The notes under the pieces: generated by a model
Seen by the model: only the letters and a program-made list of their open reading frames with translations
Databases searched by the model: none
What the model was told of the DNA's origin: nothing
Assembly: GCA_030704615.1 (NCBI GenBank)
Contig: CM060732.1
Span: 69,812,001 to 69,876,000 of the forward strand
DNA: 64,000 nucleotides
Direction: 5' to 3'
Origin: Takakia lepidozioides
Taxonomy: Eukaryota; Plantae; Bryophyta
Shown here: one piece after another, positions 37,993-49,951 of the stretch
Layout of the letters: each line of letters starts with the position of its first letter
Numbering within the stretch: the first letter of the stretch is position 1
Made by a program: the position numbers and the translations under genes

Positions 37993-38255
37993 CGGGCTCT
38001 ATTGCTTTGGCACAAACATAAGAGGAAGGTTAGACTTAAGAGCATGACTAAGCACGACATACCACTCCGTGCCTTTACGTGGTGTAAGGTCAAAAAACAC
38101 AAGAGGAAGGGTAGACTAGGGAGCATGACTCAGCACCACACTCAACGGGCTCTATTGCTTGGTACAAACATAAGAGGAAGGTTATACTAGGGAGCATGAC
38201 TGGTGTCCCTCGACTTCAACATGATGCGTAATCTCTCTCTACAAGAGAACCAACC
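37993..38255 (+). repeat. Dispersed repeat, copy 2, with an internal triplication of the AAACA(T/C)AAGAGGAAGG..AGCATGACT unit
   Basis: The unit recurs at about 38012, 38095 and 38165, and is homologous to 32561-32735. Confidence 0.8.
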
Positions 38256-40782
38256 AACAGCAAGACCCTCACCCCACCCAAACCCTCCCTTGCTACACAG
38301 AGGGAACCGTTTTAGTTATGTGTGGATATATCGTTCTTCTTGTAATGGCAAAAGCACTGATGGCGCTCACAAACTTTACTCTTCTTACAGTGTAGTCATG
38401 CTTTCTCTCCGCTCCTCAAGCTTCTCACTCTGAGTGTAGCACAGGGAGATGGACTTCCAAGGGATCTGGGAAACTGCAAAAACACATGAAAAGACACTAA
38501 CTTAGTAAACGACGAGCAACGTGGAAGAACAAGCGGACAAATCCGTAAGCAACGTGCAAGAACAAGCGCGTAGTTACTTAAATGAGGTGGAGGAAAGGAT
38601 GAACCACAACTCCCCGAAGTTGCACTCCATTTAGAAAACAAGAGGGAACACTTGAATCTCTGAAAGGGTGCACCTCAAATCTCGCCATGCTCATCAAAAC
38701 TCTCTCTCTCCCCACATGCCGCCTTCTCTCTCGCCCACCCGGATTGCGCCGTCCACCGCTCTGCCGCGGAGATCGGACCCGACCGCGCCAAGCCTCCCAC
38801 ATCGTCTCGCGGCGTTGGCCGCACGGTGCACCGCGCGGCTCCGGGTGGGGCCTCGGGTGGCGTTCCCGAGGGCCGGCCGAACAGAGCAGCTCCCAAGTTC
38901 CTTTCCAGACTCCTGCAGCCGTCCACCCCGCTTAGGGACCAATCTCAGCGCAGCGCGCCGGCAACAGCCGGTGGCGAAACCGGATGGCAGCAAGTTATGG
39001 CTCACAAGTTGGCAAGTGTGAAAAAACAGTCCAATAAAGCTTGACTGCTTCCGCCTTTACTCTATCTTTGAAATCGACGCTCTAAAATCAATCCTATCTG
39101 AGATCCGACGGCACACGTCGAGCGCATGTGCGGGTCCAGGGTGGGGTCTCAGGATCTGTCCTTTTGCGATAGCCATGCCCTAAGATGGATGGCTGAGATG
39201 TGATTACGTCAGAGGTGGAGGGCCGAGATTGGAGGAAGTCCTTGCCGTATTACGGGCTGCACGGAAAATAGCACAGCCTCGTACTGGCCCGTTACTGGAC
39301 ATTATTGCGTGGCGGGTGCCCACCCCATTTAAGGTCGCCCGATATTTGCCTGCTGCCTTTTTTTTCTCTTCTTTTGTTTTTAAGAAAAGGCAACTTTTTC
39401 TCTCTAATGAACTTAGGTTTTTCCCGAAGTTTTTAATACATAATATTCCCATTCCATTTTTTAGTTTTTATCTTCTGAAAATGGGAAACAGGCCTGGGAG
39501 TTTGAATGGGTCATAATTTTAGGCATAAGGAAAATCGCCATGGGGCAGGCCCAAAAATTGTGGAGCAAGATCTGAGAATAAATAAGACCATAAAACCAGC
39601 TTTATCCATGTACCCCATTGGTGCAAAGGACATGGAGCATAAAGGCTTGTGACAGGCCACGATCGATTTCGACTGAGGTACATAATGTGCAGACTTAATT
39701 ATCCCATAACGTTTGTCCAGGATCACCCCTGCAGGAATGTATATATACCAGTACTGATATCTACTGAGCTTGGGGAGCTGCTCTGGGGAATCTCGAGAAA
39801 GTTAGTTTCGGGCTCTGTATTGGAGCACAAAAGAATAGTAAGAAGGGGTATATACTCGGGCAGCGGCTACATACCCGAGGCAGAAGAGTGGGCCACGGTA
39901 AATAGGGGTCGGGGGGGAGGCCAATAATAAGAAGCGTCGTATAATAACTCGTCTCCCGATCTTCCTTCTCGTCTCCTCCGAGTCTTGTTTCCATCGGGGC
40001 TTTCCCCGTTGCGTGTGTGTGTGTGTGTGGCGCAGTCGGGATTCCGTGTGGTGATAGTGTTAGTGGCAGTGGCATGTCGGTGCTTTGATCTCTCTGTGTG
40101 CTAACGGCGCTCCTCTCTGTCTTTTGTTCCGGTTTCTGTACCTTGTCTCGTGGTGCTTTCGTCTGCTAAGATATGGTCCGGCCATGTTTCTTCCCAGTTT
40201 AGCAGATCCGCAGGCTGTTTGAGGAGTTGCAGAGTTTACTCTGCGCTGTGATGAGCGTGTCGTAGCGCTTGTCGTTATTTCAGATCCGCCTGGCCTTTAG
40301 TTTCCATTTGACGCTGATATAGCCTTTTGCTGTGCTCGATTGTGTCTTGTAAAGCTCTGCTGCCGCCCTCGCTTTCTGCCAGGGATCTGTTTTGAAATCG
40401 CTGAGTTTTATTGGTGGAAACCATTCGGACAGGGACAGGGGGCTCTCCAATCCCCCAGTCAGGGCATTTCTCTCTGAAAATGCTCCTTGATACTACGTCT
40501 GGAATTCGGCTGCATCTATGTAGGCTTATTCCCTTTTTTCTTGTGCAGTATTGCAGGCGCCTTCCGCTGTGCTTTCAAGCCTGACACTTTTGTCCACAGT
40601 GTGAAGGCTGCTTTCTGCAGTTTTTCTCTCTTTCCACATCGTCATGAAGAAGCATGCGGCTCGCAACAAGACTCTGCATTTGGCGTACAGCTTCTAGCGC
40701 TCCTCTAGCGCTGTCATCTGTGAGCCTTAAATCTTCTGCAGGCGTTATGAGATTCAAGTTGTGATCTTTGCGAACTGTGACA

Positions 40783-41268
40783 ATGTCAAAAGGCAAGGTG
40801 TCGGAAAAGATGCAGCGGGCTGTGCGGAAACTGCAGTATAGAATCGCCAATCCCAACCAGCCGTATCACAATCTGAGCGCCACTGAAGCGCCTCTGAGGA
40901 TGTCGAGGTCTTCGTCTATCAGAGTGATGTCGAGATCGAAATCGGGTGCTTTTGTTCGTACTGACTCGGACTCGGACAGCGACAGCGCAGATTCTCCTCC
41001 CAGCGATGTACCTGCGGGTTTCTTGGCTGTGTATGTGGGAAGGGAGAGACAGCGCTTTGTGATTAGCGCTAATAACTTGAATCACGCAGTTTTCAGGGTG
41101 TTGCTGGAGAAATCAGCAGAGGAGTATGGATTTGAGCACAAGGGGGGGCTTCCCATTGCTTGTGAGGTGGTCTTGTTTGAGCATTTACTATGGCTGATTG
41201 AGACCAACGATCCCGTACTTCGTAACATGGAAATTGATGAGCTCCTCGGCTTCTACGCGTACTCGTAA
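40783..41268 (+). CDS. SAUR: SAUR family protein, 161 aa from ATG 40783, intronless
   Basis: DVPAGFLAVYVGRERQRFVISANNLNHAVFRVLLEKSAEEYGFEHKGGLPIACEVVLFEHLL. The first ATG is at 40783 (the ORF track starts at a TTG). Confidence 0.95.
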   Translation: MSKGKVSEKMQRAVRKLQYRIANPNQPYHNLSATEAPLRMSRSSSIRVMSRSKSGAFVRTDSDSDSDSADSPPSDVPAGFLAVYVGRERQRFVISANNLNHAVFRVLLEKSAEEYGFEHKGGLPIACEVVLFEHLLWLIETNDPVLRNMEIDELLGFYAYS

Positions 41269-42566
41269 CATACACGGGGCTGGCCAAACTGGAACGCAAG
41301 GTCCAAGAGTTTGCCATCTGTGGAAGTATTTAGAGCACTTTGGTTACATTTTCCTGAGGACAAGAGCTAGCTTGGCTCTAGGTTTTCTCAGCAGAACGGT
41401 TTGCACATCTGTATAAACACACCCAGGGTCAGAGATTCTTTTACTAGGGAATGTGTATGCAACATGTTCAAGTCTGATGAGTCTTTTGAGTTCAATTCCT
41501 AGATATTCAGGGCATCTAGGCATCGTCAATCAGTGTGTATGGATGGTATGACAATTTTTTGGTCACTCCTGCAATGACCGATACGGAAAGTTGAGAGTTT
41601 TGCTAGGGGAGAGTAGCTGAGACTGTATGTACGTCAACACTAGTCTTCTGGCACTTGAGAATACCTTGCTTGCTGGAATTTCTACTTCAGAAACGGACCT
41701 TTGTGGTCGGGAAACACTCCTCAAATTGTTATCTCTGTCTGGACTACTCCGAAGAGTCTGCCAGACTTACAGATTGCGGAAAACTGAGGGCACTGCACCT
41801 GCCTTCTGCTGGTTTGCTAAAAGATGTATCCATTAAGTTAACGGAGCATCTAACTGTGCCTCATGCCCCCGACTCCAAAATGTACTCACGTGTTGGATGG
41901 ATTTGTAACATTGAAGCGCAGCATTACAGAACTTTAGATAGTATATTCTGACGTTCTGGCTTCATTTTGCCTCAAGCAAGGCTTCCCAGTTGAAGTTGTA
42001 TTCAGATAGGTGAGGAGATTGGCGTGTTGGAAGGCATAGTCTTCTTCTAGTGCACGTTTCCTCACTCGTCGCATCTGAAGGGGCTGGCGGAGTGAATCCA
42101 GTTCCTTTGTCCGGTGCTTAAACATTTGGCTGACTCGATGTGGGCAGACCCTTACCTTCGGCGTCGTCATCCTGCTACCTTCTACACTTCAGGCTAGAGC
42201 CTTGGTTTCAACATGCCCTGGCCTCAGATGAAAACTCTGGATGGTATTATGAAATCGCCGTGTTCATGAGAGTAACACCTCCAAAACGGAAACGAGGAAA
42301 CAACAGAAAAGGAAGAGCTGCGACAAAAAGCAACTCGAAGTCGACCTAAAAATGCAGTCAAACTGCCAGAAACAAATCAGACAAAGACGGAGGTCAAGGA
42401 AAACTGAAAAATTTCAAGGAAAAACAACCATGAGAGATTGAATGTAAATCATTGCAACAGCAGCTGGTGATGAAACTCTGTAAGACTTTATTTACAACAT
42501 GTACAATGGGTGAACATACATAGGATGAGAAGTTTCCAAAAGGGAGGAAGGGTGGGGCCAGAAACA

Positions 42567-42791
42567 AGAGAAGAAAACAAAAAGCTATAGTAAGCTACTC
42601 AGCTAGAGAAGAAAACAAAAAGCAATAATAAGCTACTCAGCTAGAGAAGAAAACAAAAAGCTATAGTAAGCTGCTTAACCAGCGATTAAAACAAAAGCTA
42701 TAGTAAACTACTCAACCAGCGACTAAAACAGAAACTATGGTAAGCTACTCAAGCAGCGACTAAAACAGAAACTATGGTAAGCTACTCAAGC
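42567..42791. repeat. Minisatellite, 6 units of 37-38 bp
   Basis: About 3 x AGAGAAGAAAACAAAAAGCTATAGTAAGCTACTCAGCT grading into about 3 x AGCGACTAAAACAGAAACTATGGTAAGCTACTCAAGC, followed by a poly-C tract. Confidence 0.92.
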
Positions 42792-42957
42792 AGATCGACC
42801 CCCCCCCACCCCCCCCCCCCCACAGATCAGGCAAGGAGATAGGCAAAGTGACTCTGTTGGAAAAAGGTTAGTGCCTCAAATCCTGCTAGTGTCCTGTTTT
42901 GGGTTCTGTGACAAGTCGACGCGAGGATGGTCATTAACATAGTAGGATGGTCATTAA

Positions 42958-43510
42958 CATAGTATGGGAGTCGTGCGCGCCAGAGATGCCCCATGGTGGG
43001 CGCCTGGTCAAATCCCACCCACACCTTCTATTCACGCCCCCCTCCCATGCTCCCAAGATCCGTTCCCATGTTCCCATTTCCTTGCTCCTGCTTCCCCAGC
43101 CAAAGGCCGGGGAGCAGGGAGCGCGAACACGACCCTGGGAACATATTTGGGGAAGAGGAGAACAGGGGAGCGGGGGAAAAGGGAGCAGAGCGGGGATCTC
43201 CTTCAGAACTTCGAATATTTTTTGAGATGAAACTTTTTTTATCTTCAGGTATCATTCAATAAACCATTAAATCACGCGTTCCCACAGGTTTGAAACAGCA
43301 CACCGCGACATGTCTATCAATGCACCCAACCACCAAGCTACGCTCCACTTTCTTGCATTCCTCCGAACCTTTAATGCTTTACTCTATAGTACAGACCTGC
43401 GTGCAGACAGCTGAAATGGGGGGCCATGGGCCCGCCAGTGGCGTATCAGGTGAGGCTCGGCTACCGTAGGTTGGCACACCAACTCCCATGCTATAGCTAC
43501 GGTCTTCATG
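42958..43510. mobile_element. Diverged relative of the 30156-30922 Mutator-type MITE
   Basis: Same internal layout (CT-rich arm, GA-rich arm, GAGATGAAA, TAATGCTTTA.TCTA...TACAG). Partial TIR ATAGTATGGGAGT / ACTCCCATGCTAT. The left end is adjacent to a 20-bp tandem duplication, AGGATGGTCATTAACATAGT x2. Confidence 0.6.
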
Positions 43511-43835
43511 TGTCTTACGTATCCTTCATGGCTTCCATGAAGGTCGATCCCTGCCAAACCCTGGCGTCATATAGTTTGGGGAGGATTCAAACTGTAATTA
43601 ACATCTTCAAAAGTGAACTGTGGCTCCAATTCTCCAATTGAAGCCATCCAAAATCCGATGAATTTGCACAGCCGTTGTGCAATGGCATGATGCCCAATAT
43701 ACCATGAGTTGGTAGAACGTGAGCACACATTATAAACAAAGCTCAGAAAAAAAATGGCCTGAGCACAGCAAACGGCAATAGGGTACCCATGTTTCCACAG
43801 AAATAGAATATGGAGGACAGACATAGGGTTCCTAT

Positions 43836-45612
43836 CAGGGTTGTACGGGTAGTGGCATTTTTAAGAACCGGTTTTTTTTCTAGAGACAAGTCCGGGTCCA
43901 GATCCGAGTTTTTGAAATTGTGAAAATCTGGGTCCGGTTTCGGGTCCATGGGCTCGGGTCAGCCGGGTAGTTGCTGGAAAATATTAGCGGGTTTCAGGGG
44001 TCTGGGTCCTAATTCATTGAGTAAATAAACTAGAGAATTAAGAATAGTTAGAAAAAAGAAAATATATTTGGTTGGAAAAAAAACTAAATCCTAATGGAAA
44101 ATTTTATTTTAGGATATATTCTTTCAAGATGTAACATACATATATATGGACGGCTCCTTCATACATTATATACATGATGACAAAAGAACTAAAATATAAT
44201 TTAAGATCCACCCATCAATTTCAATTCTTAAACATGGTAAGAAAAATAATATGCCTCATAGGTCACTATAGCAAGAAAATCGCACACCACCAGCCCTACC
44301 TTTTTAGGCGATATTCAGCCTAAAAGCACAAAAAAAAAGGGGGGTTGCGACACCCCTTTGTGAAAAACAGGGGCCTGAAAAAAAAAACCAAAAGCCAGAA
44401 ACCCAAAAACCAAAAACCTCCACAATCTCGCCACTTGCACTTGTGAGGGCCGTCCGATCGCCAGGGTTTGGCGGCCTGAAATGCTACCTTGGCGTTTTCA
44501 TCATAGCCAGTTTTCAACAATACATGGGCTATAGTGCCACGTATTCTTCCCCATTTCCAGACTCTGTGTCGCCTGTGCAATATATACATGCTGTGAAAAA
44601 ATCGCCATATTGTACTCTAGCTTAGCAACCATGTAGCCATGTAGGATCCAGGTGGACATTCTAATAGTCGTCACCTCTACACTTACCCCTAAAGTGTTTT
44701 TTTTTTTCATATTTCCAAAATCACTGGCGGGGCCACTTGTGAATTCCACCCAATGCCCATGTGGCGAGAATATCGAGGTGACAAAGTTAGAAAAGTGGCT
44801 ATATTCCAGGTGTCACGTTATCATTGGTCCACGTCGGCAAAATTAGGTTCCTGAAATTTATCTCCTGGTGCTTTTTGGCGAGAAAATCAGATTTTACCCC
44901 CCATAATTCCTTTGTACAAGTAGCTGACCGAGTTTCCAGGTCGAAATCTGGCAATTTTTCGCCAGAAAGAAAAACACTGATCCCTAGCATTTTGTAGCCA
45001 CCTCCATGCCTATACAGAAATGGGAAAAAAAAAGGTTGCACACCACAACCTAAACAAACAAAAAACCAAATGAGAGAGAGGAGGAGGAGCATCACCTGCG
45101 AGAAACTCAAGTGAGGGAGAAGAGGCGGTGCAATAACATAAGTGCAACATTTTATTTTATGTATTATGGGGGGTTGGTATCCTGTGAGCATGGCACAACC
45201 CGCGGTCATAGGAGTTAAATGTTTTCAAACCGCGGTCATAGGAATTAAATGTTAACAAGCACGGTGCATAAGAGTACCTTCAGATTTATTTTCTCAGCGC
45301 GAAAATAACTTTTCTAGGGCTTAAACTGCCAATACCCGGACTGAAAACCACGATTTTTGTTTTTCTGGTGTTTTCAGGGGTATCCGGTTCGCATAACATG
45401 AGGAAATCCCACGCCTATAGGGTAACATGTTTATCGTGTATAGGTGTTACTTGTTTCTTAAGTGATGTTGTGAGGGCCTATGTGAGCAGTTAAAAAAAGT
45501 TTCGCAAAGTTTTTAGTTTCTCAATTTTAATTTCGCTGGAGAATATTCGAAAGGCATCTAAGGAATATCCTTAATATTCGCTTGTGCTCACGTGAGCATG
45601 CTCACGCACTAC
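43836..45612. mobile_element. Cluster of decayed hAT-like and other non-autonomous DNA-transposon ends
   Basis: CAGGGTTG at ~43836 followed by CCGG/GGGTCC motif repeats. AGTGTTTTT (~44693) pairs with AAAAACACTG (~44970-44979). GTGCTCACG/GTGAGCA motifs at 45580-45610. Confidence 0.45.
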
Positions 45613-47096
45613 TCATCCTCTGTATTATGGAATGGGGAAGCTCTACCCATTTTGCCAATTGGAGGCTGTAGACTTTAATGGTTTTTTACAAAATTAAACT
45701 GGTGATAATTTTGAGAGCGTAATGAGCAGATTCATGTGGCGTTGTCCTTTAAAGGTTAGTGTCTCAAATTCGTAAAATAAGATAAAGTATGACACCTTCG
45801 TAAGGAAGCATAAATTATGGTGTCTCTTGATCCTAGGGCTTATGCCTTGCAGAAAGGTGGACATTTTGTGACACCAATTGGTGGATTGACCCAACTACTT
45901 CCGAGGTGGTATGTGCCCATTATTATTGGGCTACAATTTGGTTATCGGCAACCTTGTAAGTTTAGGGCATTGTTAATCTGGACATGACTTCTTAAAAACC
46001 TTCCATTTTGGATATTAGTTGGGAATCTGAATTGTCATATTTGCCCAATCAATTTATAGTACCTTAATATAGAAATGAGACTCTTGCCAAAACAAATGGA
46101 ACTTATAAGAGTGCAAAGATCTATTGCATAAATATTGTTTGGAAGATGAACACTTTGAAATGCTATAACGCCCACAATGCGGTTGTTCAAAGATTGAATG
46201 CACATACGGACATGACATGACGTTGGCACGTCAACGTCATGTCCAAAACGGATGTTATCCCTTGTAATTTTTTTGTTACATTTAATTTAACAATATTGTA
46301 GTTAACGTGACAACTAAGGTGGACTGTACACATGGATTTCATTTAATCTTTAAGCATTTTGCTTTAGATTATTAATATTTACTTAGTTAGGTTTTTTAAT
46401 TATATGCGATCGCGTGTATTTGTTGTATTTTTTGAATTAGACACGTCCGCCAAAATTTGGCAGTCGCAGCTATTAAGTTGTTTTTTTTAATTACATGCAA
46501 CTGTTAGTTATTGACAGTCGATGTATTTGTTTTACTTTTTAATTAGCTACGACCGCTGAAATTTGAATTTCAAACCTTATCTAAATACTCGAAAGTCATC
46601 AAGTGAATGAAAAAGATGTCACGTCCAGCCTAGGGAAAAAAATATATATACATATTTTTTAATAGAATGAAAGACATCATCAGCGTTGTAAAAAACTCCA
46701 TCAACAAGCCCCAAATAAGCGGCTTTTACTTTGAAATCCACCAAAGAATATAGCAAGAAACTTCAATATACTGAAGAACCAAATTGTAATAGAAGGTCAA
46801 GTCTGTACATTCATACTAGTTGTAGACGAAGACTATAATAGCAAAAATGATCAAGTGGATGTGAGGGTGACCACTAGATCAGATCTATTCAATTAAGCCA
46901 CATGTAGACGAGGGTTACAGTCTACAACATTAGCATCTTTTGCAAAAGAACAAGACCATGAGGGGGGGGGGGGGGGCGGTGGCTACATGTGACATCTCAT
47001 CACAAAGTACACAACAAAGTGCAAACACAATTCATTTCTAAATATCTGGAGCACCAAAGGAAGTAATAGATGCATGTACTATTAAGAGAGATTATA

Positions 47097-47828
47097 CCGT
47101 CCCCGGACAACCATTTAGGCGATAATTAATTCAAAATGAAAGTGCCTAACGCATTCTGGGAATTTTTCAGATTTTGGCCTAATTGTTCGGAAACTATGGG
47201 ATCAAGCCTCTTCTCATGTTGTTTGTAATAAGATGGAAATTTCATTGAACAAAAATCAATACAAATATATGCGTGCGAAAATAACTTCCTACAAATCCCA
47301 ATATATTTGTGAGAGCTCCATGTAACTTCGAAAGGCCCCTCCATGGACTCGACAATGTCATCATATTCATCCTCCGCACTAATCATCGTGATCTCTCCAT
47401 CCACCTCGTCCACCACATTGAGATCAAGGATATCCTCATTTTCAATATGCAGATTTGCAAGACATCTACACATAGTTTCCTCCACACTAAAGTCAAGGTA
47501 GATATCACAGATATCGTGAGTGACTTGAGCATTCCCGTCCACCAAATCATCATTCACTTGCAAGCAAATTGGTTACAAGATTTGCTCGCATAGCCTCTCC
47601 TTGGAAAGTGTGCTCAAAAGCCCATAAAATCCCACGTTGTTCCCAACCAGAGACAATCATGTCCGTATGCACATTCACCTGCATCCAAGCCTCCCACATC
47701 CAAATTGCTACATGTGCCTGATGCATGATGCCTAATGTGAGAAATGCTTTGAGAAACGTGCCTAAGCAGTCTGTTTGGTTTAAATAATTATTAGGCGCAA
47801 AAATGCTTAAACGGTTGTCCAGGGATGG
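47097..47828 (-). mobile_element. Tc1/mariner (pogo-like) deletion derivative with TA TSD and residual acidic transposase C-terminus
   Basis: TA|CCGTCCCCGGACAACCATTTA ... TAAACGGTTGTCCAGGGATGG|TA. The minus strand encodes AWMQVNVHTDMIVSGWEQRGILWAF, resembling the end of a DDE_1-type domain, plus an acidic tract. Confidence 0.75.
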
Positions 47829-47963
47829 TAGGTATATATATAAGAACCATTGAATGTTTTGTTGTTCTTTCTATTTAAGCATTACAAATATAAAGTAGAG
47901 GTGATCCACACACAGTACAACCTATGAGGGGTATGTTGAATACACCTCTACTACAACTCATAA

Positions 47964-49340
47964 GAGCATGGCCAATAGCACCAAAAAAAAAAAGGCGCTA
48001 ACTTCAAAATGAGGTACGCGCTGCCTGTCCGTGTCCCCAGCAGCACCGCGAGGCTCCCTAAGCCCCCGTCCCCACTTACACCCCCACTGAAATTCACCCC
48101 CTCTCCCACGACATCTATCGCTCCTTTGCCATCCTTGATCGTGGCACGCTCTCTTCAGATCTGGTAGGCCCCGGTTTTTTGTACAATGGAAAGGCACACG
48201 TGGCGTTTCCAGCTACGATGGAAATGAAGTTGCTACTCACAACCGCGCCAGATGGCATGTGTGTCCATGGCGTGTGGTCATGCTCTCAACGAGAGGCGGG
48301 GGTTTGCCGTGGGAGGTTGCCATGCTGCTTGCCTTCACAACAACATCTGCTACAGTACTATACTAAGGTAGTGGCATCTAGAAGAGTGCGTTGCCTTCAT
48401 CTGTCCCCTTTTTTTGATGAATGAAGTCACTGCTTTCATCCTAGTACTGTGCACTTTTGCAATGGAGGCAGTTCAAGGTTAATTACTGCTTTGGATTAGG
48501 TACAATATGGAGTGTTTTGGGAGTACGAAGGGCTTAATTAATGGTGGGTTAGTGAAGCTAACTACACAGCCATCTAGTGATTCTCATTCAAATTCCCCAT
48601 TCGGTTTTGAAAGTGGAGGCGGGTATTTCGGGACAATGGCCGGTTAATACAGCAGCCAAACATGAATGCAAATGGGATGCATGGCTCACTTTAGATACTG
48701 CTACATTGCACACTTTTATCATGCTTCAGTTTACGGGAGAATGGGAAATGAAGGACCCGTCGAGTCTTCCACCTCTCTCCACGAGGTCGGCTAGTTTAGG
48801 GTTCTAGGATGGCCATGTCTTAGGAGATGTAGGTCAACTCAGAGCAGACTTAGGGGTCCTACTTCTCCGTGTATGGTCATCATCCATGCAAGGAAAGCTA
48901 CGGGTCCTTCCATCGGTAGATGCGCCGAATTCCGCATTGGGAGGCACGTACTTCTGGGCCACACATGGCGTGGTTTTGGTAATTCTTTGAGAAAGGTGTA
49001 GGTGCACACCTTGTGCATTTAAGCACCTTTAAGCACATATCAGGGATGAATATTTGGCATTACAGGAGGGACCTACTGAGCAGAAGTGGGATAATATGTA
49101 GTTTGACGTTGATAATTCATATATAATACATCTGTGATTGGAAAATTATGTGTTTTGCACAAGTAATTGTTGCTTCATTTTCTATTCTGCTCATATAATT
49201 TTTGAGACACTGCACCCTTTGAGCAGTGCACACTACTTAAATGCACACTTCTAGATACCACTACCTTAAGTCCGGGCCAGAAATGGGCTGGCATAATAAG
49301 CTTGGCATGTCTGTTTCATGCGCCGCTACAGGCCATGCTC
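47964..49340. mobile_element. PIF/Harbinger non-autonomous element with TAA TSD
   Basis: TAA|GAGCATGGCC ... GGCCATGCTC|TAA: a perfect 10-bp TIR, with TAGC/GCTA also matching further in. Confidence 0.7.
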
Positions 49341-49343
49341 TAA

Positions 49344-49951
49344 GAGCATCTCCACAGTGAGCAAGGCCCGTCAAACGTTATATAGTATGGTTTACAGGGG
49401 TGACGGGTATTTTTTACAATAACGTTTCGGTTGGCACTCCACGATTGGGACGGTAGCAGACCCGGCACACACCCCATTCACAACTTGGCAGGAAACGTTG
49501 TCACAATCTTGGAGCATTGAAATGGCGATCTACAGAGGGCGCAATTGATGGTTGGGTTGGCTCGCATGTGAAGATGTAATGTACAGTGGTTGGCGGGGTC
49601 CTTGTATACTTGGCAAAAGTGTCGTGAAGGAGGCAAATTTGCGGCGGGGCCTGCAACAATTCTACCGGGTTGAACCGAAGCAACCTGCGCGGCTTTTTGG
49701 GAGATAAGAAGAAGAAGAAGAAAACTCCAGCCAAAGCTGGCATAACTAAGAGCCACTTCGCCTTCCGGGTATTGCCCCTTTTCAGGGGTGGGCCCTCTGT
49801 GAGAACCTGTGTCTGGGGGACACCATAGGACAAGCAAAGGGAATAGTACCCCTGGAGTAAGGGGTACCACGTGGTACCCCATGGGTACTGGCTTTTTGGG
49901 ACCCCGCCATTGCTGTTTTTGGGCAAGCACCGTGGCACAATGGAGATGCTC
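49344..49951. mobile_element. Tourist-like (PIF/Harbinger) MITE, 608 bp, TAA TSD
   Basis: TAA|GAGCATCTCCA ... TGGAGATGCTC|TAA: a perfect 11-bp TIR of the classic Tourist type. Confidence 0.88.

Noticed and set aside
38578-39330. GC-rich island with several overlapping ORFs between the SAURs
   Set aside because: No protein motif. It looks like a TE terminal region, but TIR and TSD could not be resolved.
42567-42791. CRISPR-like array (37-38-bp periodicity)
   Set aside because: Contiguous tandem units with no unique spacers, no cas genes, and a eukaryotic context.
46214-46243. Perfect 12-bp-stem palindrome with three ACGT cores
   Set aside because: It is far from any gene start and lies in TE-like AT-rich DNA. 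It is probably a TE internal motif, with no evidence of function.
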